A stretch of 64,000 nt of DNA, from contig CAISGE010000043.1 in NCBI GenBank assembly GCA_903884815.1, forward strand, positions 701-64,700. Direction: 5' to 3'. Made by a program: the position numbers and the translations under genes. Below, piece after piece: positions 1 through 8,770 of this stretch (within the stretch, counting starts at the first letter, position 1; each line of letters begins with the position of its first letter). This DNA is from Candidatus Omnitrophota bacterium. Its GTDB lineage: Bacteria > Omnitrophota > Omnitrophia > Omnitrophales > Aquincolibacteriaceae. The notes under the pieces are model-generated. The model did no database searches. It worked only from the letters and a program-made list of their open reading frames with translations, and was not told the origin of the DNA.

Positions 1-89
1 TTTTCTCTGTACCATTTAATGAGGTTTTTATGGAGAGGGTCTATCAATTTCGACTCAAGCTCACTTAGATTGTCCCGAGCATCTTCCAT
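1..89 (-). CDS. Partial ORF (N-terminus only), possibly HhH-GPD/MutY-like DNA glycosylase
   Basis: ATG at 89 just downstream of hsdS reads MEDARDNLSELESKLIDPLHKNLIKWYRE and runs off the window; LxxWY resembles MutY-family N-termini; only 29 codons visible. Confidence 0.3.
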   Translation of the reverse strand, partial: MEDARDNLSELESKLIDPLHKNLIKWYRE

Positions 90-127
90 TTTATGCTCTC
101 TCTCTTTTAAGGCATGTCTTAGAACGT

Positions 128-1477
128 CTACGCATGGCTATGTTCAAACGCCTCTCGCAAGACTGCCTGCGTCAAAAGTTCGGTTCTACATTCACGTTCG
201 ATTACTTGCTTCTCTAAATCATAAATCATGGCCATCAGCTCATTAACCCTCGCAACGATAATTCGTTGTTCCCAAATGGGCGGCAACGGAATAACCAAAT
301 TCATCAATGTGGGAAGTTTTATATTTGGTTGCCCCGCCATCTGATATGCGGCCTTCTTGATTTCAGGCTGTTTCGAACGAAGTAACATTAAGATATAATC
401 CTGATTGCTGTGCGAGGTTGGTTTAATACCTATCATGCTGTCGGGAAAACACATGTCCATCCCTAGAACGCCTAAATTTCCTATAGTCCCGCCAACGATA
501 GCCACTGCAATCGTACCTTTCACGAACTGTTTGGAAACTGAGAATCCTTTATCGTTTAAGGTTTGCTTAAAATCTGTTATGACATCTCCATTGGCACTTA
601 GAGAGCCTATCTGAATGAAAGGATATTTCCCGCCGTAACAGCTTTTGTCATTCCTTGGCCGAATCGAGAATCGACCTCTTTCAAACAATGCATAGTTGCC
701 AAACTTGCACCACACCCACCCTTCGGGCAAAACCATTTTGGTCTCTTCATCTGACGGAGGCGTTAAAATCTTTTCCTTACGCATTTTGCCTTTCGACACA
801 AGAATGTCTCTCTCGACTTGGATTTTCGCAAGAAGCTTTGAGGCATGATTTTCCCCTCTAGTCAGATGTGGATTTTGCCTCCGCCACTCCGAGGTAAGGT
901 TGCCAGCGATAGCTTCTTGAAGAATGGACTGACGTAGATATTTTAGATAATCAATCTGTTCTAAGTGGGTGGAACTCAATGCGTCAATTTTGTCAAAGCT
1001 TGAATTAATGCTATCTAACATTTTTTTTTGGTCGGATACAGACTTATGAATTGATAACCGTTGCCGAAGGAAAAACTCTTCTTTTATTCTTACCCGCCCC
1101 ATCCCTTTTGTTAACTGGTACAGCATATTTAAAAATAATCTTTGGCGGAAAAGATGTATCAAGTAATCTGGCAAAATAATTTTATCGTTGATTTCAAAAG
1201 TGGGCATTTCATTCGTAACAACTGCGCCGTCTAACTCTGCGGGAACTAGGCCGAAAGCTCCAGTATGGGCTGCCAGCCGTGAATAAATAAAGGAACCGCC
1301 CCTAACACGGTACGCTTTGTCTGCTTTTATATTTATACCTTTTTTTTCTTCCCGCAAACTCACAACGCCTGTTTTCGATATCGTCACAAGCTTATACATT
1401 TCATTCGCATGGATAGAAACATCGTCCTCGTATTGCTTAAGAAATGTCCCCAACTCAACGGCAATCATCTCATGCAT
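128..1477 (-). CDS. hsdS: Type I restriction-modification specificity subunit
   Basis: Two TRD-like regions joined by the conserved spacer LRQSILQEAIAGNLT...LPEGWVW; QPNI..L..IPLPP..EQ..I and LREAF C-terminus; overlaps the hsdM stop. Confidence 0.93.
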   Translation of the reverse strand: MHEMIAVELGTFLKQYEDDVSIHANEMYKLVTISKTGVVSLREEKKGINIKADKAYRVRGGSFIYSRLAAHTGAFGLVPAELDGAVVTNEMPTFEINDKIILPDYLIHLFRQRLFLNMLYQLTKGMGRVRIKEEFFLRQRLSIHKSVSDQKKMLDSINSSFDKIDALSSTHLEQIDYLKYLRQSILQEAIAGNLTSEWRRQNPHLTRGENHASKLLAKIQVERDILVSKGKMRKEKILTPPSDEETKMVLPEGWVWCKFGNYALFERGRFSIRPRNDKSCYGGKYPFIQIGSLSANGDVITDFKQTLNDKGFSVSKQFVKGTIAVAIVGGTIGNLGVLGMDMCFPDSMIGIKPTSHSNQDYILMLLRSKQPEIKKAAYQMAGQPNIKLPTLMNLVIPLPPIWEQRIIVARVNELMAMIYDLEKQVIERECRTELLTQAVLREAFEHSHA

Positions 1478-2906
1478 TACTGAGCTCCTTTTTCAGCTTC
1501 TCTAGGAGCTCGTCACTTTTTCGAAACGAATCGTGGAGCATAGAAACAATCTCAGCACTCGAATTGAAGGACTCTTCTTCGGGCACATGCGGATTCTTGA
1601 TGTCGAGGCTGTATCCGTGCTCAGCTATCGTTTTTATTGAAACCTTCCACGCCTGCTCGTTCTCTTTGCGTTTCTTCCACCACTTTTTGAGACTTTCGAA
1701 TTCACTCGTTTGAATGGGCTTGGTTTTACTATACGCCTTCACAGCCTCTGGAAGCTTGTGCTCCCAATACCAAATTTCTTTAGTCGGCTTACCCCTTTCG
1801 AAGAAAAGAAGGTTCGTTGCAACACTGGCATAAGGCTGGAATACTGAGTTGGGTAATCGAACAATGGTATGCAGATTGCAGTTCTCAAGAAAGTGTTGGC
1901 GTATTCGTTGCTTTACGCCATCGCCTGTAAGCGAACCATCAGGCAAAACAATACCGGCCCGACCACCTTCGTTTAGATATCGAATCATTAGAAGCAGAAA
2001 CAAGTCCGCACTTTCCATTGTACGAAAGTTCTGAGGGAAATTCGTCTCTACTCCGTCTGTCACAGAGGCACCAAACGGCGGATTAGCAAGAATCACATCC
2101 ACACGGTCTTTCTGACCTATCGATGTGTATTCACGATTCAAGCTGTCTGTGTAATCGATGTTAGGAACTTCTATATCGTGCAAAATAAGGTTCGTGACAC
2201 TCAACATAAAAGGCAGAGGCTTGAATTCCATTCCATGGATTGTTTTCTCAAGCTCCTTAAGGTCTTTAACTCCCTTAACATCTTGCTTCCGAATGTTCTC
2301 AATGGCGCTAGTCAAGAAGCCACCTGTACCGCACGCCGGGTCTAATACTTTCTCCCCCAAGCGAGGGTTAATCATCTCTGTAATAAACTCGGTAAGCGCA
2401 CGAGGCGTATAAAACTCACCATAGTTGCCAGCATTTTGCAAGTCTCGCAAAATCGTTTCATAAATATCGCCAAACACATGACGGTCCTCGGAGCTGTTGA
2501 AGTCAATCTGGTTGAGCAGGTTAATCACTTGGCGAAGGATGGTGCCGTTTTTCATGTAGTTATTTGTGCCATCAAATATCTCACGGATAATCAATGCACG
2601 CTTGCTACCAGAGCTGACATCAAGATTCTTGAGTTGAGGGATTAGCTTGTCATCAATGAAATTCTTGAGCTCATCACCAGTCATCCCTTCGTCATCAGCC
2701 GCCCAATTACGCCACTGTAATTTTTTAGGCATAGCTGAAACATACTTGCCGTTAAGAAGCTCGAGCTCTTTATCTTTGTCATCCAATATTTTGAGACTAA
2801 TCATCCAGCCGAGCTGTTCAATGCGTTGAGCGTCACCGGATACGCCCGGGTCTTTGCGCATAATGTTTTGCAGGGCTTTGATAATACCGCCGATATTTTT
2901 CATCAC
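1470..2906 (-). CDS. hsdM: Type I RM N6-adenine methyltransferase subunit
   Basis: GEFYTPR, motif I DPACGTGGFL and motif IV NPPF. Confidence 0.96.
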   Translation of the reverse strand: MMKNIGGIIKALQNIMRKDPGVSGDAQRIEQLGWMISLKILDDKDKELELLNGKYVSAMPKKLQWRNWAADDEGMTGDELKNFIDDKLIPQLKNLDVSSGSKRALIIREIFDGTNNYMKNGTILRQVINLLNQIDFNSSEDRHVFGDIYETILRDLQNAGNYGEFYTPRALTEFITEMINPRLGEKVLDPACGTGGFLTSAIENIRKQDVKGVKDLKELEKTIHGMEFKPLPFMLSVTNLILHDIEVPNIDYTDSLNREYTSIGQKDRVDVILANPPFGASVTDGVETNFPQNFRTMESADLFLLLMIRYLNEGGRAGIVLPDGSLTGDGVKQRIRQHFLENCNLHTIVRLPNSVFQPYASVATNLLFFERGKPTKEIWYWEHKLPEAVKAYSKTKPIQTSEFESLKKWWKKRKENEQAWKVSIKTIAEHGYSLDIKNPHVPEEESFNSSAEIVSMLHDSFRKSDELLEKLKKELSNA

Positions 2907-2912
2907 AACTCC

Positions 2913-5309
2913 TTAGGCTACAGCGTAAATTTCGCGTTCAAGCTCTTCGATAGCTTCTAAATACTTATCTCTGCCACCAAATATTTTCACAATTTCAGCA
3001 GGGGTTCCAAATCGGTTGAAGGGTTCTACCCTTAAAACTGAAGGGTCTTCAATGTTGTCTATGCCCTCATCGGCATACTTATCCAACAAGGCATTCAGAA
3101 TTGTGCGAGCCTTATCCTCATACTTCGTGAAATAATTACGCTTCTTCACTTTGTCCGCACGCTCACGGCGTGTAAGAGGTGGCTTATCCCAAGCGATATG
3201 ACAAATAAGGTCGAATGCGTCCAAATCTTTCTTCACCTCAGAGAGGAGATTGTCGAGCATGATTCCATGTGATTCTAACTGGTCAATGACTGCTCGTTTC
3301 TTCTCGAAGCTATTCCACCTTGCAAGAAAGTCATCAAGAGACCGGAACTCCTTTAAGAGCCCATTTTTTGTATAGTCCTTCAGTGTCTCCGTAATTAATT
3401 TGCCATTCAAATCCAAATGCTGAACTCTCTCATTGAGCACAGAGACATCCACTCCGTTCACATAAACCTTCGGTCCTGGCCATGAGGTAATCGTTCCGCC
3501 CTTGATAATCTCGGGCTTGTTTACGCCGTCAGTTTTATCAAAGTCAACGGGCTTGCCTGTTTCACCGTCGATTATTTGAGTATCTCTCTCCGGGTTTATA
3601 ACTTCATCCGTCAGCTCTTCATCAGCCTTAATGACTTTAATCATTACCGGGTCACCATCAAAATCAGGGCGGGCAAAGATGTCTGTTGCGCTTCGAAAGT
3701 CAATAATAGTAAAGAAGGTTTTCCCGAAGTCCTCTCTGATGCGAGTTCCACGTCCTATGATTTGCTTGAATTCGGTAACAGATTTGATGTTCGAGTCGAG
3801 CACTATGAGTTTGCAGGTCTGAGCATCAACGCCAGTCGTCATTAACTTGGATGTAGTCGCAATAACAGGGTAGCGCTCTTCAGGATTAATGAAATTATCC
3901 ACCTGACGCTTGCCCTCATCGTCATCGCCTGTAATCCGCATCACGTACTTGTAATTCTCCTTTACCAAAGCAGGATTGAGTGTGACGAGAGCCCGTCGCA
4001 TGCGTTCTGCATGCTCAATATCAACGCAAAAAATAATCGTTTTATCAAAGCGATTGGTCTTCGTGAGATATTCAGTTACTTTTTTGGCAACCATTTGCGT
4101 TCGCTCATCTATGACGATGCTCTTGTCATAGTCCTTCGTATTGTAGATACGGTCTTCCACCTCTTTGCCGTCTTTGTCGGTCTTGCCTTCTTCAGGACGC
4201 CATCCTTCAAGGTCTGTATTGAGTCCCACACGGATGACCTTATAGGGTGCTAAAAATCCATCCTCAATGCCCTGCTTGAGCGTGTAGGTATAAACAGGGT
4301 CACCAAAGTATTCTATGTTCGAGACTTCTTTTGTCTCTTTCGGGGTGGCGGTCATGCCTATTTGCGTTGCAGAGCTGAAATAGTTCAATATCTCTCGCCA
4401 TGCGCTATCGGCATCGGCACTTCCTCTGTGGCACTCATCAACCACCACGAGGTCGAAGAAATCACGGCTAAATTCTTTGTAGGCATCCTTGTCCTCGTTG
4501 TAATCCACGAGCCCTTGATAGAGAGCAAGGTAGACCTCAAATGCCTTATCAATCTTCTTATGCTTGATAATCGTCATCTTGTCTTTGAAGTGCTTGAAGT
4601 CATTACGCTTGGTCTGGTCAAGAAGCACGTTGCGGTCAGCCAAGAATAGAATTCTCTTCTTCATGCCACTTTTCCAAAGGCGGTAGATAATCTGAAAAGC
4701 CGTATAGGTTTTTCCTGTTCCAGTAGCCATTACGAGAAGGATTCTGTTCTGTCCTTTAGCAATGGCTTCGACTGTTCGATTGATGGCAATTTGCTGATAG
4801 TAGCGTGGAGTTTTTCCGGAGCCTTCGTAGAAATAGTCAAAACTTGCAATCTCTTCCTGCTTCGGCGTGGCAATGCCCTTGAACTTCTTGTACATGCTCC
4901 AGAGAGCATCAGGGGAAGGAAAATTTTCTAAGGTCAGCTCAATTTCAATAGACGCTGAAAATCCGGAGCTGTCATGCTGAATAAACCCGTCCCCATTTGA
5001 ACTAAAAGCAACAGGCACATCCAGTATTTTCGCATACCCGAGAGCTTGTTGCATCCCAGCGCCAACAGAATGGTTGTTATCCTTCGCTTCAATGACAGCT
5101 ATGGGAATGTTAGGCTTGAGATAGAGAATGAAGTCTGCTCGCTTGCGTTCCCCTCGTGCAGTTTTTTGGCCTTTGACAAAAATTCGGCCATCTGTGAAAT
5201 AGACCTCTTCTCGGACTTGCTTCTGGATATCCCACCCGGCTTTGACGAGAGCTGGCAAGATGAACTGCGTGCAAATATCTCTTTCGGAGAGTTCTTTTTT
5301 GGATGTCAT
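2913..5309 (-). CDS. hsdR: Type I RM restriction subunit (EcoAI/EcoEI, type IB-like)
   Basis: Nuclease motif AD..L..IEAK, Walker A MATGTGKT, DECH, MTATP, TTGVD, QIIGRGTR; EcoEI-like C-terminus (PPLTRRERA). Confidence 0.96.
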   Translation of the reverse strand: MTSKKELSERDICTQFILPALVKAGWDIQKQVREEVYFTDGRIFVKGQKTARGERKRADFILYLKPNIPIAVIEAKDNNHSVGAGMQQALGYAKILDVPVAFSSNGDGFIQHDSSGFSASIEIELTLENFPSPDALWSMYKKFKGIATPKQEEIASFDYFYEGSGKTPRYYQQIAINRTVEAIAKGQNRILLVMATGTGKTYTAFQIIYRLWKSGMKKRILFLADRNVLLDQTKRNDFKHFKDKMTIIKHKKIDKAFEVYLALYQGLVDYNEDKDAYKEFSRDFFDLVVVDECHRGSADADSAWREILNYFSSATQIGMTATPKETKEVSNIEYFGDPVYTYTLKQGIEDGFLAPYKVIRVGLNTDLEGWRPEEGKTDKDGKEVEDRIYNTKDYDKSIVIDERTQMVAKKVTEYLTKTNRFDKTIIFCVDIEHAERMRRALVTLNPALVKENYKYVMRITGDDDEGKRQVDNFINPEERYPVIATTSKLMTTGVDAQTCKLIVLDSNIKSVTEFKQIIGRGTRIREDFGKTFFTIIDFRSATDIFARPDFDGDPVMIKVIKADEELTDEVINPERDTQIIDGETGKPVDFDKTDGVNKPEIIKGGTITSWPGPKVYVNGVDVSVLNERVQHLDLNGKLITETLKDYTKNGLLKEFRSLDDFLARWNSFEKKRAVIDQLESHGIMLDNLLSEVKKDLDAFDLICHIAWDKPPLTRRERADKVKKRNYFTKYEDKARTILNALLDKYADEGIDNIEDPSVLRVEPFNRFGTPAEIVKIFGGRDKYLEAIEELEREIYAVA

Positions 5310-5339
5310 TCTATGTTCTTCTTTTGCATATCTAAATTT

Positions 5340-6050
5340 TTAGACAACGTCAGGGAAACTTTTGAGAATCTTGTATTTCAAATAGGTATTAGTGGCTTCG
5401 ACAACTTCAATACGAACGCCTTTGAAACCAATCGTTTTACTTTCGTTTAAATCATACTGAATTTCTTGCGAGAATGCAGGGCGCATTACGTCATTGGAAA
5501 GTTCTCTATACATAAACTTAACGCTATTTCCTACCTTGCCATTATAGAGAAGCTCTTGTTGAAAACTTGCCTTATCGATGGCACGTATTTTTTTCAGCTG
5601 GTAGTTTGGCGTTGGTTCAGGAGGGCCTTTTGTATACGGATGGCTACCAGCAAGTAAAAAAACTTCTACGGAACTATTTTTTTTAGAAATTCGCAATCCA
5701 CCCACTGCTTGAAAAGGCGCCCCGCCAACAGTAAAGTCCTTTGAAGAAAAATACGTCCAATTAGAATCTTCGCATTGAACAATCAAGTCGCCCTGCGGTA
5801 TTGTTACTACTGAGCCATAAAGAAATGTCGTCTTGAAATCCCCCTTCGAGTGGACTTCATTAAGGAGTTTCATGCCCTGATAAGTATAGAGCGTGCCTTT
5901 TGAAACAATTGTGTCGCCCAGCTCCGCTTGTTGCTCTTGATTCAGTTTCGGGATATCTATTTTTTCTAAATTTGGCTGGATTCCTCTTAATGAAGCTGTA
6001 GCGCATCCGCTCATCAATATTAAAATCGCCGCAAGGTATATTTTTTTCAT
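5340..6050 (-). CDS. Hypothetical lipoprotein
   Basis: Signal peptide II with lipobox LMSG-C; translationally coupled to the upstream HTH gene. Confidence 0.8.
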   Translation of the reverse strand: MKKIYLAAILILMSGCATASLRGIQPNLEKIDIPKLNQEQQAELGDTIVSKGTLYTYQGMKLLNEVHSKGDFKTTFLYGSVVTIPQGDLIVQCEDSNWTYFSSKDFTVGGAPFQAVGGLRISKKNSSVEVFLLAGSHPYTKGPPEPTPNYQLKKIRAIDKASFQQELLYNGKVGNSVKFMYRELSNDVMRPAFSQEIQYDLNESKTIGFKGVRIEVVEATNTYLKYKILKSFPDVV

Positions 6051-6229
6051 TTACTCTTCCGGCCCAATAGCTTCTCGATGTGATAAGTTTGTATCTTATT
6101 TGGCGTCTTTATCTTTCCGGTAAACCACCTATTGACCGTGCAGAAAGAAACCCCTAGCCTTTCGGCGAGTTCCTGCTGGGAGATACGCTTTTCCAGTCGG
6201 TATGTTTCTAATTTTTCTATCAAGTTCAT
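6047..6229 (-). CDS. XRE/Cro-family HTH transcriptional regulator
   Basis: ISQQELAERLGVSFCTVNRW is a canonical HTH_3 pattern. Confidence 0.9.
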   Translation of the reverse strand: MNLIEKLETYRLEKRISQQELAERLGVSFCTVNRWFTGKIKTPNKIQTYHIEKLLGRKSK

Positions 6230-6297
6230 ATGTTTAGCCTCTTATAGCATCTTATATCATGTCGTGATAAACTCCAATTGGTTATTCTGGAGGAAAA

Positions 6298-7224
6298 ATG
6301 GCACTTAAAACATCGAAAAAAACATACCAAAAAAACTACCTGCATTCGCAGTTAAGATGGCAAATAGCGGTAAGAAATCCCGATTTTTCAAAAGCTTTGA
6401 TTCAGCTATTTAAAAAAATCGATGAGATTAACGAGAAGTTTGGCCTACCTTCAATAACTCATCCAGATTATAAAAGCGCTGTTAAAAAACTCGATGCGCA
6501 TTCCGACCTCGAAAGAATGCACGTAATTCTTCCCTTGATAGAAAAACTCAAAGAAAAGTTCAATCTTTCTACAATTGAAGTCAATACAGCACGCCTGCCT
6601 GATGACATAAGAAGGATATTTAATATTTTCACAGCCCCCGTTAGATTTTTATGGAATGAAAATCCGCATCCCGGCAGATATATAGACCTTCGCATCGATG
6701 CACTCGCTGATTTGGAAGTTATCAAGTGTCAGGTGGGCATGATGATGAAAGTCATTTGCAATGGCGAGAAAGAAGGCGTTTTTAAAATACCTGGCCGAGA
6801 ATCTCACAAATTGCACTTGAGCAAAGCGAGTACATATATTCGAGTCTTTGACATGAGAAAAAGAAAGCCGCCTGTCCCGTATGAAGAAATTGCTACAAAG
6901 CTACAGAAGGATGGTTTCTATAAGGGATTAACTTTGAAAAAAGTGGTCAATTCCGCACGGCACGATTTTAGTTTAATCTTTGAAGAAATATACGGTGTCC
7001 CTTTCAAACAATACGACGCAAAGAAATTTAAAAGTGCTGGCATTAAGGAGTGCGCCATATGCGAAAAAAGGTCGCAGTGCAAGGAACTTTGCGCCCCAAT
7101 TTCTTATTTGCTATCGCTAGAAGAGGTTAAGCAACAACATTTTATAAGCACAAAAGCAGACGCAAGAGAGCAGTACAGAGATACCCACTCAGAGGAAGAC
7201 GCAGAAGAGCACGCCAATATCTAG
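6298..7224 (+). CDS. Hypothetical protein, possible DNA-binding regulator with C-terminal Cys cluster
   Basis: 308-aa ORF with GGAGG RBS, divergent from the XRE gene; HTH-like YEEIATKL segment and CxxCxxxxxCxxxC motif. Confidence 0.7.
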   Translation: MALKTSKKTYQKNYLHSQLRWQIAVRNPDFSKALIQLFKKIDEINEKFGLPSITHPDYKSAVKKLDAHSDLERMHVILPLIEKLKEKFNLSTIEVNTARLPDDIRRIFNIFTAPVRFLWNENPHPGRYIDLRIDALADLEVIKCQVGMMMKVICNGEKEGVFKIPGRESHKLHLSKASTYIRVFDMRKRKPPVPYEEIATKLQKDGFYKGLTLKKVVNSARHDFSLIFEEIYGVPFKQYDAKKFKSAGIKECAICEKRSQCKELCAPISYLLSLEEVKQQHFISTKADAREQYRDTHSEEDAEEHANI

Positions 7225-7396
7225 CAAAACAACATAGCCACAATTGAGAGGGCGAGGGCAAATAGCTTCTCGCCTTTTTTGTTTTCAGTCATACCCCTTT
7301 TTTCACACTCCCGCAGGCGATGCTTTCCCAGCCTCGCTTTTTTATCCCCAGCAGATGGTCATGGGTATACCCGTTTTTTCACTTTCCCATAGGTGT

Positions 7397-7591
7397 ATGA
7401 AACATGACACCGCAGAAAACAAACCAATTCAAGAGTGGGAAAGGAGGTATGAAAAGCCTCTCTCAGCAGAGGACTACAAGCAAATCTGTAGCAATCTCGA
7501 CGGGTTTTTCACACTGCTAAAAAAATGGGACCTAGCAAATCAAACACAAATAAAAGGAGACTGCCATGAGAAAAACAGTAAAAACATTTGA
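7397..7591 (+). CDS. Small hypothetical protein of the integrative element
   Basis: Likely start MKHDTAENK after AGGT RBS; overlaps the next ORF. Confidence 0.55.
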   Translation: MKHDTAENKPIQEWERRYEKPLSAEDYKQICSNLDGFFTLLKKWDLANQTQIKGDCHEKNSKNI

Positions 7592-7838
7592 ATACAACGG
7601 TGTAACCCTAACCTATGCGCATAAAAAATATAGGTGGAATGGCTGCTGGCGTGATGTCCCCACCGTTACTATCCGGAGGAATTACCTAGATAAAAAATCC
7701 GACTCAAAACGGCCCACATTTTACAGTGAGGTCGACATCAATAATCTTGCAATAGCTATGTGTGAATTAAGAGATTACATGCTATGCGCAGAGAGATTGG
7801 ATGAGCCCGGATATTGTATGGATTGGAACATTGGTTAA
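7566..7838 (+). CDS. Hypothetical protein
   Basis: AAGGAG RBS and 90-aa ORF in an operon-like run. Confidence 0.65.
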   Translation: MRKTVKTFEYNGVTLTYAHKKYRWNGCWRDVPTVTIRRNYLDKKSDSKRPTFYSEVDINNLAIAMCELRDYMLCAERLDEPGYCMDWNIG

Positions 7839-7877
7839 AAAGCGTAGTGAAAATTAAACATAAAAAAGGAGAAAACA

Positions 7878-8207
7878 ATGCCAACGCTACTGAATGACGA
7901 CAGCGACTACGTACCATTTATAAACCCAAGCCAGATTACAGACGGGGAAGAAGTCGAATTTGTGTCGGAAGGGAAATATACAGACGACCAGTTCGGTTCC
8001 AATCGACTGCAAATGGACGTTCGTTTTTCGAATGGGCAAGTACAGAGACTTACTGTAAATAAAACGTCTCAAAAAAACTTGTCGACCGTCTATGGACCGG
8101 AAACCGAAGCTTGGGTTAATCGCAAAGCCCGAATAACTGCAACTAAAAGGCCAACGAGTGTGCCCGGAAAGTGGAAATTCGTAGTAACCCTCTACCCTAT
8201 CGAATAA
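7878..8207 (+). CDS. Hypothetical beta-rich protein, possibly phage-type ssDNA-binding (OB-fold-like)
   Basis: AAGGAG RBS; LTVNKTS..NL...YGPETEAWVN..ARIT pattern recalls small phage proteins; function is inference. Confidence 0.65.
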   Translation: MPTLLNDDSDYVPFINPSQITDGEEVEFVSEGKYTDDQFGSNRLQMDVRFSNGQVQRLTVNKTSQKNLSTVYGPETEAWVNRKARITATKRPTSVPGKWKFVVTLYPIE

Positions 8208-8229
8208 CACCAACCACCGTAGAGAGCAA

Positions 8230-8330
8230 CATCCCTATGGATATACATATATATACATATATGTTTTGTACTTTTTAGCATAGTTTTTCTTATGATTAAA
8301 ACTATATAAAAATACATATCCATAGGGATG
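8230..8330. repeat. Perfect 15-bp inverted repeat enclosing a very AT-rich core (candidate origin/oriT)
   Basis: CATCCCTATGGATAT (8230-8244) and ATATCCATAGGGATG (8316-8330); interior has (TA)n runs and an inner ATAGTTTT/AAAACTAT pair. Confidence 0.75.
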
Positions 8331-8540
8331 CATGCTCAGAAAGAAAGCGTTATGCCCCTAGATGGAACGAATAAGAAATGCGAACAGTGCCAAGAGAAGT
8401 GCAAGCAGTGGCGGCAGGTCACAATAATTCACTGCCCTTTTTTTCGGAGCAAACAAAGTCTGCCTACCCCTTCAGCTAAGGCTGGAACCACCAGGATGAC
8501 TTCTGGGACACCCTTTTCTGAAGATGAGCATAGCACCTAG
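8328..8540 (+). CDS. Small Cys-rich hypothetical protein
   Basis: CEQCQEKCKQ...HCPFF zinc-ribbon-like motif; start uncertain (8328 or 8352). Confidence 0.5.
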   Translation: MHAQKESVMPLDGTNKKCEQCQEKCKQWRQVTIIHCPFFRSKQSLPTPSAKAGTTRMTSGTPFSEDEHST

Positions 8541-8711
8541 GTAAGACGCACCGGACCACCCTTTAAGCAGGCCGGACGCAAATACCAGCGATTTAACAAA
8601 GCTAAGCGATATAGACGCTTTGGGAGCTTATATGCAACCCCAGCATAAACAACGAATTCGCCCCTGAATTTAAAGGGGTTACGCACTTAATCCCACCTTG
8701 GCGGGCGTCGT

Positions 8712-8751
8712 TAATAAGCTATAATAAGCTATAAAACGCCATAATCGACCA
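8712..8751. promoter_or_regulatory. 10-bp-periodic direct repeats upstream of the recombinase (candidate operator)
   Basis: TAATAAGCTA twice, followed by degenerate TAAAACGCCA and TAATCGACCA. Confidence 0.45.
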
Positions 8752-8770
8752 ACAGAAAAGGGGAATTGCT

